A stretch of DNA of 64,000 nt from Alphaproteobacteria bacterium. GTDB lineage: Bacteria > Pseudomonadota > Alphaproteobacteria > MPNO01. The stretch covers positions 864,001-928,000 of the forward strand of contig OZ219865.1 in NCBI GenBank assembly GCA_964291675.2, given 5' to 3'. Below the pieces are notes generated by a model. It was given only the letters and a program-made list of their open reading frames with translations. It had not been told where the DNA came from and made no database searches. Each line of letters begins with the position of its first letter. The stretch's first letter is position 1. This document shows, in pieces, positions 40,811-48,665 of the stretch. The position numbers and the translations under genes were made by a program.

Positions 40811-41120
40811 CGCGCTCCTCTCCGCTAACGGTTCCGTCATCGGGGGAGCTATGTCGAAAACCTTGGCCGACGAGAAGCTCGTGAAGTGCGGCGAGGGCGG
40901 CCGGGGAGGCACGCGGCGCGCCGATCTCCATGCCGGCGCATGACGCAGGATCAAGCATCCAGGCGGGTATCTTGATGATCAGCCCCGGCTCTACCTCGAC
41001 GGAGGCCATGAGGCCGTCTGCACGCTGTTCGATAACTTCAGGGCGTACTCGCCGACCGAACAGTGCGTGCCAGCGGTAGTGGATGACGCAATCCTGCCCG
41101 ATATGGGCAGAATGAATGCG
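40641..41120 (-). CDS. Element ORF open to the att boundary; start supplied by the other end after excision
   Basis: Open frame RIHSAHIGQDCVIHYRWHALFGRRV...IPAWMLDP with no stop or ATG between the att core and Met at 41009. Confidence 0.6.
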   Translation of the reverse strand, partial: RIHSAHIGQDCVIHYRWHALFGRRVRPEVIEQRADGLMASVEVEPGLIIKIPAWMLDPASCAGMEIGAPRASPAALAALHELLVGQGFRHSSPDDGTVSGEERDEVFACNSATAERTPTARHAARRTDAARSELGGTRRGGERSGRVASGSGDRPGEGG

Positions 41121-41434
41121 CGATCGCCTTGGGCCGGAAGAACTATCTCTTCATGGGCTCAGCCAGCGGCGGCCGGGCCGCCGCCATCGCCTACACCTTG
41201 ATCGAGACCGCAAGGCTCAACCACGTCGACCCGCAGGCTTGGCTTGCCCAGGTTCTCGAGCGCATCCCCGACTACAAGATCAACCGCGTCGAAGAACTGC
41301 TGCCCTGGAACTGAACGCCGACCGCAGATCAGGGCCAAATCGCCTGAACGCCCAGGGCGGCTCCGCCCAACGCTTACGTTTCGAACAACGCGGCGGCACC
41401 ACATCGCTGTTCGCCCCAATGGAGGAAGCAAGTC

Positions 41435-42313
41435 ATGAATCGATATTCCATGTCTGCTGCGATCGCCGGAGCTTCTCTTGTTCTCGCCGCATGCGGCGGC
41501 GGCGACGGAACAGACGGCGGCGGCCCTTCGCAGCCCCGGATACCGGCGAGCCATACCATCCAGCTACCGATGACAAGCGGACCCGCCGTATCCGGTGTGT
41601 ATGACGAAGACAGCGAGCTCACGGGGCTCATGGTCGGGGAAACCGCGGTCGGGTTGAACCAGCGGATAAGTGGGGTCAGCGGCGGCGGCGGGCGCGAGGT
41701 CGTGGGACCGGTGCTGCAAAGCGGGGAGGTCATCGTTCGCCATGTCACCGACCACTGGAACAGGCGGACCGATGCGGTCGCGGCTTTCGAATTCATGTCC
41801 TTCGGAGCCTGGGCGACGGGGACGACGGAATCGCTCCCGGGCGGCGGAGCGGAATTCAACTTCCAAAGCATCGGCAGCGCCTATCTGACGGCCCTTGACG
41901 ATGCGAGAACGCCAAACGCGGAAATGCCGGCGTCCGGAACGGCCAGCTATCTCGGGCAGTTTACCGGCTTCGTTCAAGCCCATGGGACCGATGTGGACAT
42001 CCGCCGCACCACCGGCGACGTCGAGATGACCGCCGATTTCGCGAACGCCGAGACGACCGTGGATATGCTGTCCACGAGAGGTAGCAGGTTGGTACTTAGC
42101 GGCGCCATCCAGGGCAGCGAGTTCTCGGGAACCGCCATCGATCAGATGTCGCCCAGCTCGTTGATCGAGTCCCAGGGCGCCACAGCGCGGTTCAGCGGCG
42201 GTTTCTACGGGACGGCGGCCGTCGAGGCGGGCGGCGTGTTCGAGGTCGTCGGAGGCCGCGCGCAGGATCCCGGCCGCCTGGTGGGCGCGTTCGGCGGACG
42301 CAAGGACCAGTGA
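41435..42313 (+). CDS. TbpB-like (transferrin-binding protein beta-barrel) surface lipoprotein
   Basis: Lipobox LVLAAC-GGG; ASYLGQF, MTADFA, FSGGFYG..AVEAGGVF, GAFGGRK; GGAGG RBS. Confidence 0.75.
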   Translation: MNRYSMSAAIAGASLVLAACGGGDGTDGGGPSQPRIPASHTIQLPMTSGPAVSGVYDEDSELTGLMVGETAVGLNQRISGVSGGGGREVVGPVLQSGEVIVRHVTDHWNRRTDAVAAFEFMSFGAWATGTTESLPGGGAEFNFQSIGSAYLTALDDARTPNAEMPASGTASYLGQFTGFVQAHGTDVDIRRTTGDVEMTADFANAETTVDMLSTRGSRLVLSGAIQGSEFSGTAIDQMSPSSLIESQGATARFSGGFYGTAAVEAGGVFEVVGGRAQDPGRLVGAFGGRKDQ

Positions 42314-42420
42314 TCATCCGCATGTGACTGTCGCGCGGCTCCAATCGAATCGGAGCCGCGCGACCTCCTCCCCACCCGTCATATCGACCGGAGCGGAGAA
42401 ATCCCTCGTCACCCCCACCC

Positions 42421-42497
42421 CGTCATGGCCGGACTTGTTCCGGCCATCCACGCCGCCCGCAAGGCAAGCCGGCCGCGAGAGATGCCCGGAACAAGCC
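42421..42497. repeat. Family-2 REP pair, second unit truncated
   Basis: CGTCATGGCCGGACTTGTTCCGGCCATCCA ... AGATGCCCGGAACAAG. Confidence 0.7.
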
Positions 42498-42516
42498 GGA
42501 GTCGATTCTCTGCCGA

Positions 42517-42669
42517 TTCCATAGTGCACTGAAATATCGCAATAAATGGCGTATACCCGAAGACGGAAATCCAGAATGTGCCGTTTCAGTCATCAAACCG
42601 AATGCAACATTTTTCAAAATTGAGACGGCAATCGACAGTGTGTGGCAGCGGATTACCATTTTCGAGCAT
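42517..42669. repeat. Dispersed 153-bp blocky conserved element, copy A (copy B at 56101-56253)
   Basis: Gapless alignment with three conserved blocks at identical offsets. Confidence 0.7.
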
Positions 42670-42993
42670 TGAGACCAAATCGTAATGCCGATGGGTGGCG
42701 ACTCGATGGACGGAAATTCAGGCGACAGGCGTTTGCGGCGAAGAAAAGCTTGGGCCTTCACGCTCGGTGATGGGCATTGCGGGTCAATTCGCATACGCGC
42801 TGAACGACGATTTGCGAGGTCTGGTCTCTAGCTTCTAGTCCGTAAGGCCACTACCCTCCGCGCCGCAGCCGATCTTGCGGCTTTGGCACCGCGACCTCAT
42901 GCCTGAATCAGGGTATCCGCCAACTCTCCGTGCCGCATCGCCACTTTGCTTTGCAACTCGGGACGTGCCGTCGGACCGGGTGGGAAAGGATCG

Positions 42994-43462
42994 ATGACCG
43001 TCAAGTTCATCCATACGTCGGACTGGCAGGTCGGGAAGGTCTTCCGCTTTGTCGACAATGCGACGATGGGGCTTCTCCAGGAAGCCCGACTGCGGGCCAT
43101 ATCGCGGCTGGGTGAACTGGCCGGGGAGCACGACGCGGACCATGTACTGGTGGCAGGCGACGTCTATGACATGGAGGCGCTGTCGCCGCGTTCGCTTAAC
43201 CAACCACTGGAGCGGATGCGTGGATTCCCCAGCGTCCGGTGGCATCTGTTGCCGGGCAATCATGATCCGCACCGCCCCAACGGGATCTGGGATCAGCTCC
43301 TCCGCATAGGTTTGCCCGAGAACGTCAGCGTTCATGTCGCGCCCGAGCCGGCGGTAGTTGAGAACGAGGACTTTGTCCTCTTGCCGGCACCGCTGCTTCA
43401 TCGCCGGACGCTCGACGATCTCACGGCCTACATGGACGACGTTGACTTGCCCGAAGGTCTAG
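42994..43462 (+). pseudogene. Mre11/SbcD-like metallophosphoesterase (DNA exonuclease), truncated by IS1380
   Basis: FIHTSDWQVG, VAGDVYD, LPGNHD; homology stops at the IS end before the expected HG motif. Confidence 0.85.
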
Positions 43463-45076
43463 TTCGGTCTATTCGGCACGGGGCGATGAAGTAGCGGCGA
43501 ACGTGGCGTAAGTCGTTGTCATAGGGTAGAAATTCGTTGTCCAGCGACCTTCTGCCCCGGCAACGAAAGCGCCACGCCCGCCATCACCGAAGTTAGCCTT
43601 CTCCCGTTCGATCTTCCAGCCGTACAACGCAAGAAGGTGACCGCCGATTTCGCGGGCGGCCTGATCTCTTCCGACGGCGGTCTGGTGCTGCTGGGCGCGG
43701 CGGAGCGCCGGCTCGGGCTGGCCGATGCGCTGGCCGGCTGCATCCGGGAGTGGCGCGACCCGGCGCGGACGGTGCACACGCTGGCGGCGATGCTGCGCTT
43801 CCGGATGTTCGCGATCGCCTGTAGGTACGAAGACGCCGACGACTGCGATGCGCTGCGCGGCGATCCGCTGTTCAAGCTGGCGGTGGGCCGGGCGCCGGAG
43901 AGCGGGCGCGATCTGTGTTCCCAGCCCACCATGAGCCGTCTGGAGAATGGGCCCTCGCGGATCGCGGTGGCGCGCCTGACGGCGGCGCTGGTCGACATCT
44001 TCTGTCGCTCCTTCCCGATCCCGCCGGCGGCGATCACGCTGGACATCGACGACACCTGCGACCGGGTTCACGGCCACCAGCAGCTCTCGCTGTTCAACGC
44101 GCATTACGACACGCGCTGCTTTCTTCCGGTCCATGTCTACCATGTCGAGAGCGGCAGGCCGGTGGCGGTTCTCCTGCGCCCCGGCAAGACGCCGTCGGGC
44201 GTCGAGGTCCGCACCCTGCTCAAGCACCTGGTGCGCCGCATCCGCCGGCACTGGCCGCGCACCCGGCTGACCGTCCGGGGCGACAGCCATTACGGCCGCC
44301 GCGAGGCGATGGACTGGTGCGAGGCGAACGGCGTCGACTACATCTTCGGCCTGGCCGGCAACGCCGCCCTGCACGCCCTTGCCTACGCCGTCGGCGACGA
44401 CCTCAAGCTGCGCCGCGCCGAGGCCGGGGTCGACCGGATGCGCGGCTTCGCCGACTTCGCTTACGCCGCCGGATCGTGGAACCGCGAACGCCGCGTCGTC
44501 GCCCGGCTGGAGGCCACCGCGCGCGGCTTCGACGCGCGCTACATCGTCACCTCGCTCGAAGGCTCGCCGCGCCGTCTCTACGAAGCGGTGTACTGCGCGC
44601 GCGGCCAGGCCGAGAACCTCATCAAGCAGCACAAGGTCCAGCTCGCCTCCGACCGCACCTCCTGCCAGAGCCCGACCGCCAACCAGTTCCGCCTGGTGCT
44701 CCACACCGCCGCCTACTGGCTGATGCTCGCGCTCCGCGACGCCGTGCCGCGCAGGATGCCGCTCCACTGGGCCGAGTTCGCGACCCTCCGCAAGAGCCTG
44801 CTCAAGATCGGCGCCCGCGTCGTCGAGAAGGCCGCGCGCATCCGCATCCACTTCGCATCGGCCTGCCCCGACGCCGCCCTGTTCCGCATGCTGGCCGGGC
44901 GGCTCGCGGCCTCGGGACCCTGACCGCCGGGGCGACGTGCCCCAAGAGCCCGAGACCCTTCAACCCCCAACCCTGACAACGAAAACCGCGGACCCCGACG
45001 CCCCAAAGGCGCCGAACGGTGGCCCTTGCGCGCTCGACATTAACCGTTAAACGCGCCGTCTCGCGAATAAGTCGGG
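43463..45076 (+). mobile_element. IS1380 family element
   Basis: Ends TTCGGTCTATTCG / CGAATAAGTCGGG flanked by CTAG on both sides. Confidence 0.8.
43583..44923 (+). CDS. IS1380 transposase (expected start appears as ATC at 43583; in-frame GTG at 43637)
   Basis: LPFDLPAVQRKKVTADFAGGLISSDGG, SQPTMSRLEN, LDIDDT, RGDS, YCARGQAENLIK. Confidence 0.88.
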   Translation: MTEVSLLPFDLPAVQRKKVTADFAGGLISSDGGLVLLGAAERRLGLADALAGCIREWRDPARTVHTLAAMLRFRMFAIACRYEDADDCDALRGDPLFKLAVGRAPESGRDLCSQPTMSRLENGPSRIAVARLTAALVDIFCRSFPIPPAAITLDIDDTCDRVHGHQQLSLFNAHYDTRCFLPVHVYHVESGRPVAVLLRPGKTPSGVEVRTLLKHLVRRIRRHWPRTRLTVRGDSHYGRREAMDWCEANGVDYIFGLAGNAALHALAYAVGDDLKLRRAEAGVDRMRGFADFAYAAGSWNRERRVVARLEATARGFDARYIVTSLEGSPRRLYEAVYCARGQAENLIKQHKVQLASDRTSCQSPTANQFRLVLHTAAYWLMLALRDAVPRRMPLHWAEFATLRKSLLKIGARVVEKAARIRIHFASACPDAALFRMLAGRLAASGP

Positions 45077-45261
45077 CTAGAGCGCGCTAAGGTACGCAAA
45101 ATTTCGACTGACGGTGACGTCGGCGCCGAGGCGGCCGACCAGTTCCGCGTGGTTCTTTCCGAAGGCCATGACGATCTCGGGCTCGGCGTGATCACAATCC
45201 CGGTCGTGGTGCTCGCGGGCCTGCTCGGACCGCTCCCGATGGCGGGCGGGGCCGTGGTGCT

Positions 45262-45339
45262 CAGCCTGGGAACGCCGGAGAAGAACTGCGAAACGTCGTG
45301 GCTGGGCGAGAGCGGCTCGGGCGGGCCTAGCGGTCCCAC
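45262..45339 (-). pseudogene. N-terminal remnant of GNAT (TacT/AtaT-like) toxin
   Basis: PEPLSPSHDVSQFFSGVPRL then unrelated sequence; overlaps the DUF1778 antitoxin end. Confidence 0.65.
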
Positions 45340-45584
45340 TGGGGCTGGCGCGCGTAACGCGCCTTTACGGCCGGATCGATCACCACCGGCGCGTCGAGCG
45401 CGGCGACGAAATCGTCCCAGGTCTCGTCGTCGAGTGCGATGACGGGGCGCTTGTTGAGGATCTCGATCGCCGCCGCCTCGCTCGACCGGAGCACGAACTC
45501 GGTTCGGGTCAGCCCCCGGATTTCGGCGGCACGGTCGATGACGGCCAGGCGCTCGCTGGACGTGCGGAAGTTTACCTGGGGCAT
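45327..45584 (-). CDS. DUF1778 (TacA-like) RHH antitoxin
   Basis: VNFR...IDRAAEIRGLTRTEFVL...WDDFVAALDAP; AAGGAG RBS. Confidence 0.85.
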   Translation of the reverse strand: MPQVNFRTSSERLAVIDRAAEIRGLTRTEFVLRSSEAAAIEILNKRPVIALDDETWDDFVAALDAPVVIDPAVKARYARQPQWDR

Positions 45585-45696
45585 GGCGGTCTCCTTCCTG
45601 CGCAAGGCGCGGGGTGTTGCCTCGATTTCAACGTATCGGATTTGTGTAGATGGTCGACAATCGGCCGCCCGCGGGCCGGCTGCGCAGCAGGACGGT

Positions 45697-45756
45697 GAGC
45701 GTCGGGTGATCGCCCGGCTCGAGGCCACCGCGCGCGGCTCCGACGCCCGCTACATT
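45697..45756 (+). pseudogene. Short IS1380 transposase fragment
   Basis: ERRVIARLEATARGSDARYI matches 44486-44545 of the neighbouring transposase. Confidence 0.7.
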
Positions 45757-45784
45757 CGGTGATGTTTCGTGGTCGGAACGATGT

Positions 45785-46234
45785 TCATCCAGGCTCGGCA
45801 GCCCAAGGATCTACGGTCTCGAGTCCGGTGTTACGGAACTCGCCCGTGTTCCGGGTCACGATTGCAAGTCCGCGCGTCGCCGCCACCGCCGCGAGGAAAG
45901 CATCTGGCACATGGTCGTCGAGCGGTTCGCCGCGCCGGCGCTTGTCCTCCATGATCCGCGCACAGGCCTGCGCATCGGCCTGGGACCAGTCGATGATCCG
46001 GTCTTCGAACAGCTCGTCGAGAAGATCCTGGAACCGGTCGGCGAGGTCGCGCCGTCGCCGGCCTGGATTGATCCGACCGATTCCGTCCAGCACCTCCCAG
46101 ACGGTGACAGAAGAGAGCCCGAGGCCTTCGTCGGCGATCGAATCCAGAAAGGCGGCAACCTGAGGCTCGGGCTGCGGCCGCATCATTTCGGAGACGACGT
46201 TCGTGTCTATAAGCCACGCGAGCGGTGCGGTCAT
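45785..46234 (-). CDS. PIN-domain VapC/FitB-like toxin
   Basis: LIDTNVVSE, TVWE, DAFLAA, IVTRNTGEF. Confidence 0.92.
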   Translation of the reverse strand: MTAPLAWLIDTNVVSEMMRPQPEPQVAAFLDSIADEGLGLSSVTVWEVLDGIGRINPGRRRRDLADRFQDLLDELFEDRIIDWSQADAQACARIMEDKRRRGEPLDDHVPDAFLAAVAATRGLAIVTRNTGEFRNTGLETVDPWAAEPG

Positions 46235-46488
46235 TCCTCCTCCTCAGGGGAGAATGACAGCGGCTTGTAGCCGCGACGCACCGTCGGTGGAAGCTCCACA
46301 CCGTGCTCTTCCCCGAAATGCCGCGCGAAGGCCTCGGACGGTTTCGGGCGGCGCTCGGTCTTTGTGCGCTTCTCATGGATCAGGCGGCGAACCAACTCTT
46401 CCATCGACACCCCAATTTGGCGGGCTTCGCGTCGGAGCCAGGACTTGTCGCCGGGATCGATATCGCGGACGGTAATGCTTGTGCTCAT
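46231..46488 (-). CDS. FitA-like RHH antitoxin
   Basis: SITVRDID...GVSMEELVRRLI; ATGA overlap with toxin. Confidence 0.85.
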   Translation of the reverse strand: MSTSITVRDIDPGDKSWLRREARQIGVSMEELVRRLIHEKRTKTERRPKPSEAFARHFGEEHGVELPPTVRRGYKPLSFSPEEEE

Positions 46489-46714
46489 TTCGGCGGCTCC
46501 GGCAGGGTCGAAAGTCTGTTCATAGGCTATCATGACAGCAAATTATGCTATCATGGCTTGCGGGTCAAAGTCTCGTGGCCGCCATTCTCGACCGAATATG
46601 CAGGGTACTCAGACAATGCCAGCTACAGCGACATGACTTTCGAGCAGAAGGTTAGTCACTACGCCAAGCAGAACCTGTTAGCCCAATCGCTACACCCCAT
46701 CGCCTACGAGAAGA

Positions 46715-46930
46715 GTAAGCGGTTCGAACGCCACACGTGGGTTTCAGCTTGACGAGCGGGCGAAGTTCCACGGGAGCAGTTCGTCGATGCGGTCGTTGGG
46801 ATGGCCAGCCGCGATGGCTTCGAGGGTGGCCTTGAGCCAGGCGTAGGGCTCGACGCCGTTCAACCTGGCCGTCTGGGTGAGCGAAGCGATCCGGCCCCAG
46901 GCGACCGCGCCTTCGTCATGACCGGCGATG
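46715..46930 (-). mobile_element. IS66 right-end remnant with tnpC C-terminus
   Basis: GTAAGCG terminus at 46715; AGHDEGAVAWGRIASLTQTARLNGVEPYAWL...IDELLPWNF. Confidence 0.85.
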
Positions 46931-46948
46931 CGGCGCGTCGATCAAGGG

Positions 46949-47155
46949 TTAGCCTCCGAGCGCGACGCCGACCGTCTCGGCGGCGTCGTGCATCATGGCG
47001 TCGGCGGTATGTGTGTATTTCAGCGTCGTTTCTGCCCTGCAGTGGCCGAGTAGCCTGCCGATGGCCAGCACGGTTTCGCCCCGCCTGGGCGCCAGGCTTG
47101 CCACCGAGTGCCGAAGGTCGTGGAGATGCACGTCCTCAAGCTCCGCCTCGGTGCG
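46949..47155 (-). pseudogene. Tyrosine recombinase C-terminal fragment
   Basis: HDLRHSVAS...LLGH...TTLKYTH catalytic motifs only. Confidence 0.8.
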
Positions 47156-47263
47156 GACATGGTGTGTGCGGCATAGCGCTGATCCTGTCCCTGGTGACCA
47201 GTCACGAAGATCGTCCCGTTCGGGTGGCGGCGTCCTACGTTTCTGTGTGCGGCGGGCGAGCGC

Positions 47264-48190
47264 CTACGCGGTGCGCCCGAGCGCGGCGTCGCGCACGGAC
47301 TGTTCGAGCATCCTGAAGGGCTCCAGATCCTCGGCCGAGCGGCGGGCGATGAATCCGGCGCGGTAGCGGCGTCGGCCGAAGTCGAAAGGCAGGGCCTTCA
47401 GCGGCGTTCCGGGCAGCCGGTCGAGCAGGTCGAGCGGTAGCCAGGCGAGCCACGGGCCGGCCGCGAGCAGGGTCAGGCCGGCCGAGCCGGCGCGGAGGAC
47501 GGCGCGCACCGGCCCGCCGGTGAGTTCGCGCAGCTCGTCGAGGACGGCGGCCAGAGACGGACGGACGGCATCGGCGCCGGTCCCGGCCGGCCCGTCGAAG
47601 TCGATCCAGGGCCAGCCGGCGAGGTCACGGGGCTCCGGCCCGGCGGCGTGGAGCGGATGGCCGCTTGCGGCGCCGACGCCCCCGGTCACGTCGAGGAAGC
47701 ACTCGCGCCTGAGGTGCGCCGGCAGGGCCTCGCCGGTGTCGAGGCCGCCGCAATGGAGATCGCTGCGGCCGTCGTCGAGCAGCCGGACGGCCTCGCGCCA
47801 GGCGGCGGTGCGGAGCCCGAGCTCGACCTCGGGGAAGGCGGCGTGGAACGCCTGGACGGCGGGCGCGACCGCGGCCTGCATCCAGAGCGGCGCCGCGGTG
47901 ACGCGGAACCGGCCGGTGGGCCCGGCATGGGCGGCGGGCACCGCCTCCTCGCCGTCCCCGATCTCGCGCAGGATTCGGCGCGCGTGCCCGACCACCAGGG
48001 CGCCGAGCCGGGTCGGGCGCACGCCGGCGCGAATGCGCTCGAACAGGCTGCCGCCGAACTCCCGCTCCAGGTGGGCGAGAATGCGGCTCAGCGCCGGCTG
48101 GGTCATCGCGAGCCGGTCGGCGGCGGTGACGACCCTCTTCGCGTCGGCGACGGCGAGCAGCCGGGCCAAATCGCTGCGCCGTTCGAACAT
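47264..48190 (-). CDS. LysR family transcriptional regulator
   Basis: AADRLAMTQPALSRILAHLE...LFER...PT HTH; FPEVEL substrate domain. Confidence 0.85.
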   Translation of the reverse strand: MFERRSDLARLLAVADAKRVVTAADRLAMTQPALSRILAHLEREFGGSLFERIRAGVRPTRLGALVVGHARRILREIGDGEEAVPAAHAGPTGRFRVTAAPLWMQAAVAPAVQAFHAAFPEVELGLRTAAWREAVRLLDDGRSDLHCGGLDTGEALPAHLRRECFLDVTGGVGAASGHPLHAAGPEPRDLAGWPWIDFDGPAGTGADAVRPSLAAVLDELRELTGGPVRAVLRAGSAGLTLLAAGPWLAWLPLDLLDRLPGTPLKALPFDFGRRRYRAGFIARRSAEDLEPFRMLEQSVRDAALGRTA

Positions 48191-48665
48191 GTCAGCGCGC
48201 CCCCGTGTCCGGACGGTCTGGCTGCTGACCAGACCGGCGGGCCGCATCGTGCCGTTTTCGTGTCCCGCGCCGTCCCATTGCGTATGCCGTCCGTGGGCTT
48301 CTCTCCGGTCGCAACCCTCGTGTGCGCGCCTTCCGCGAATACGGGGACGCGCGGCGGCGGCGTCCAGGAGCGTGTTCCTGTCGCGCGGATAGCTTCGCCC
48401 TATGGGACCGGGGGTTCCGGCGGGCGCGGGCGCCGGGACGCTTCCGAACGGGGCGCTGGAAGCGGCGGCCGGCCTCCCCGCCGCCATGCCCGGCCGGCAT
48501 GCAGATTCTCCGGATCGGCATTTCCAATTGCGCCCCCGAGCCCTTAATGGATCGGGTGCTGGACTCGGCAACGCGGCCGCCATGGCGGCCGGGCGGGACT
48601 CCGAAAAACCGCGACAAGAAGTTGCGCCCGACAGCGTCGGCTATCGGGCGCAAGGAAGGCGTGCG

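Larger units (their letters stand above)
38544..41127 (-). mobile_element. Minimal large-serine-recombinase integrative element
   Basis: Duplicated core CGATCGC (38537-38543, 41121-41127); 9-bp inverted arms TCATTCTGC / GCAGAATGA near the two ends; three minus-strand ORFs. Confidence 0.9.
37225..41314 (+). pseudogene. tnpC: IS66 TnpC transposase split by a serine-recombinase element
   Basis: HLPLYRQ, ADDTP, SDGYAG, CLAHVRRKF, IDNNPAERAMRPIA (to 38543) rejoins in frame with LGRKNYLFMGS...ELLPWN (41129-41314). Confidence 0.93.
31924..41377 (+). mobile_element. IS66 family element, complete ends, containing two nested insertions
   Basis: GTAAGCG (31924) ... CGCTTAC (41377) termini; 8-bp TSD GTTTCGAA at 31916-31923 and 41378-41385; tnpA-tnpB-tnpC order. 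Confidence 0.95.

Noticed and set aside
43459-45080. CTAG as a true TSD restoring the nuclease gene
   Set aside because: Joining the flanks does not yield the expected C-terminal metallophosphoesterase motifs; CTAG probably reflects target preference.
46303-46752. 149-aa plus-strand ORF
   Set aside because: Overlaps the antitoxin antisense and an IS66 end; no motif support.
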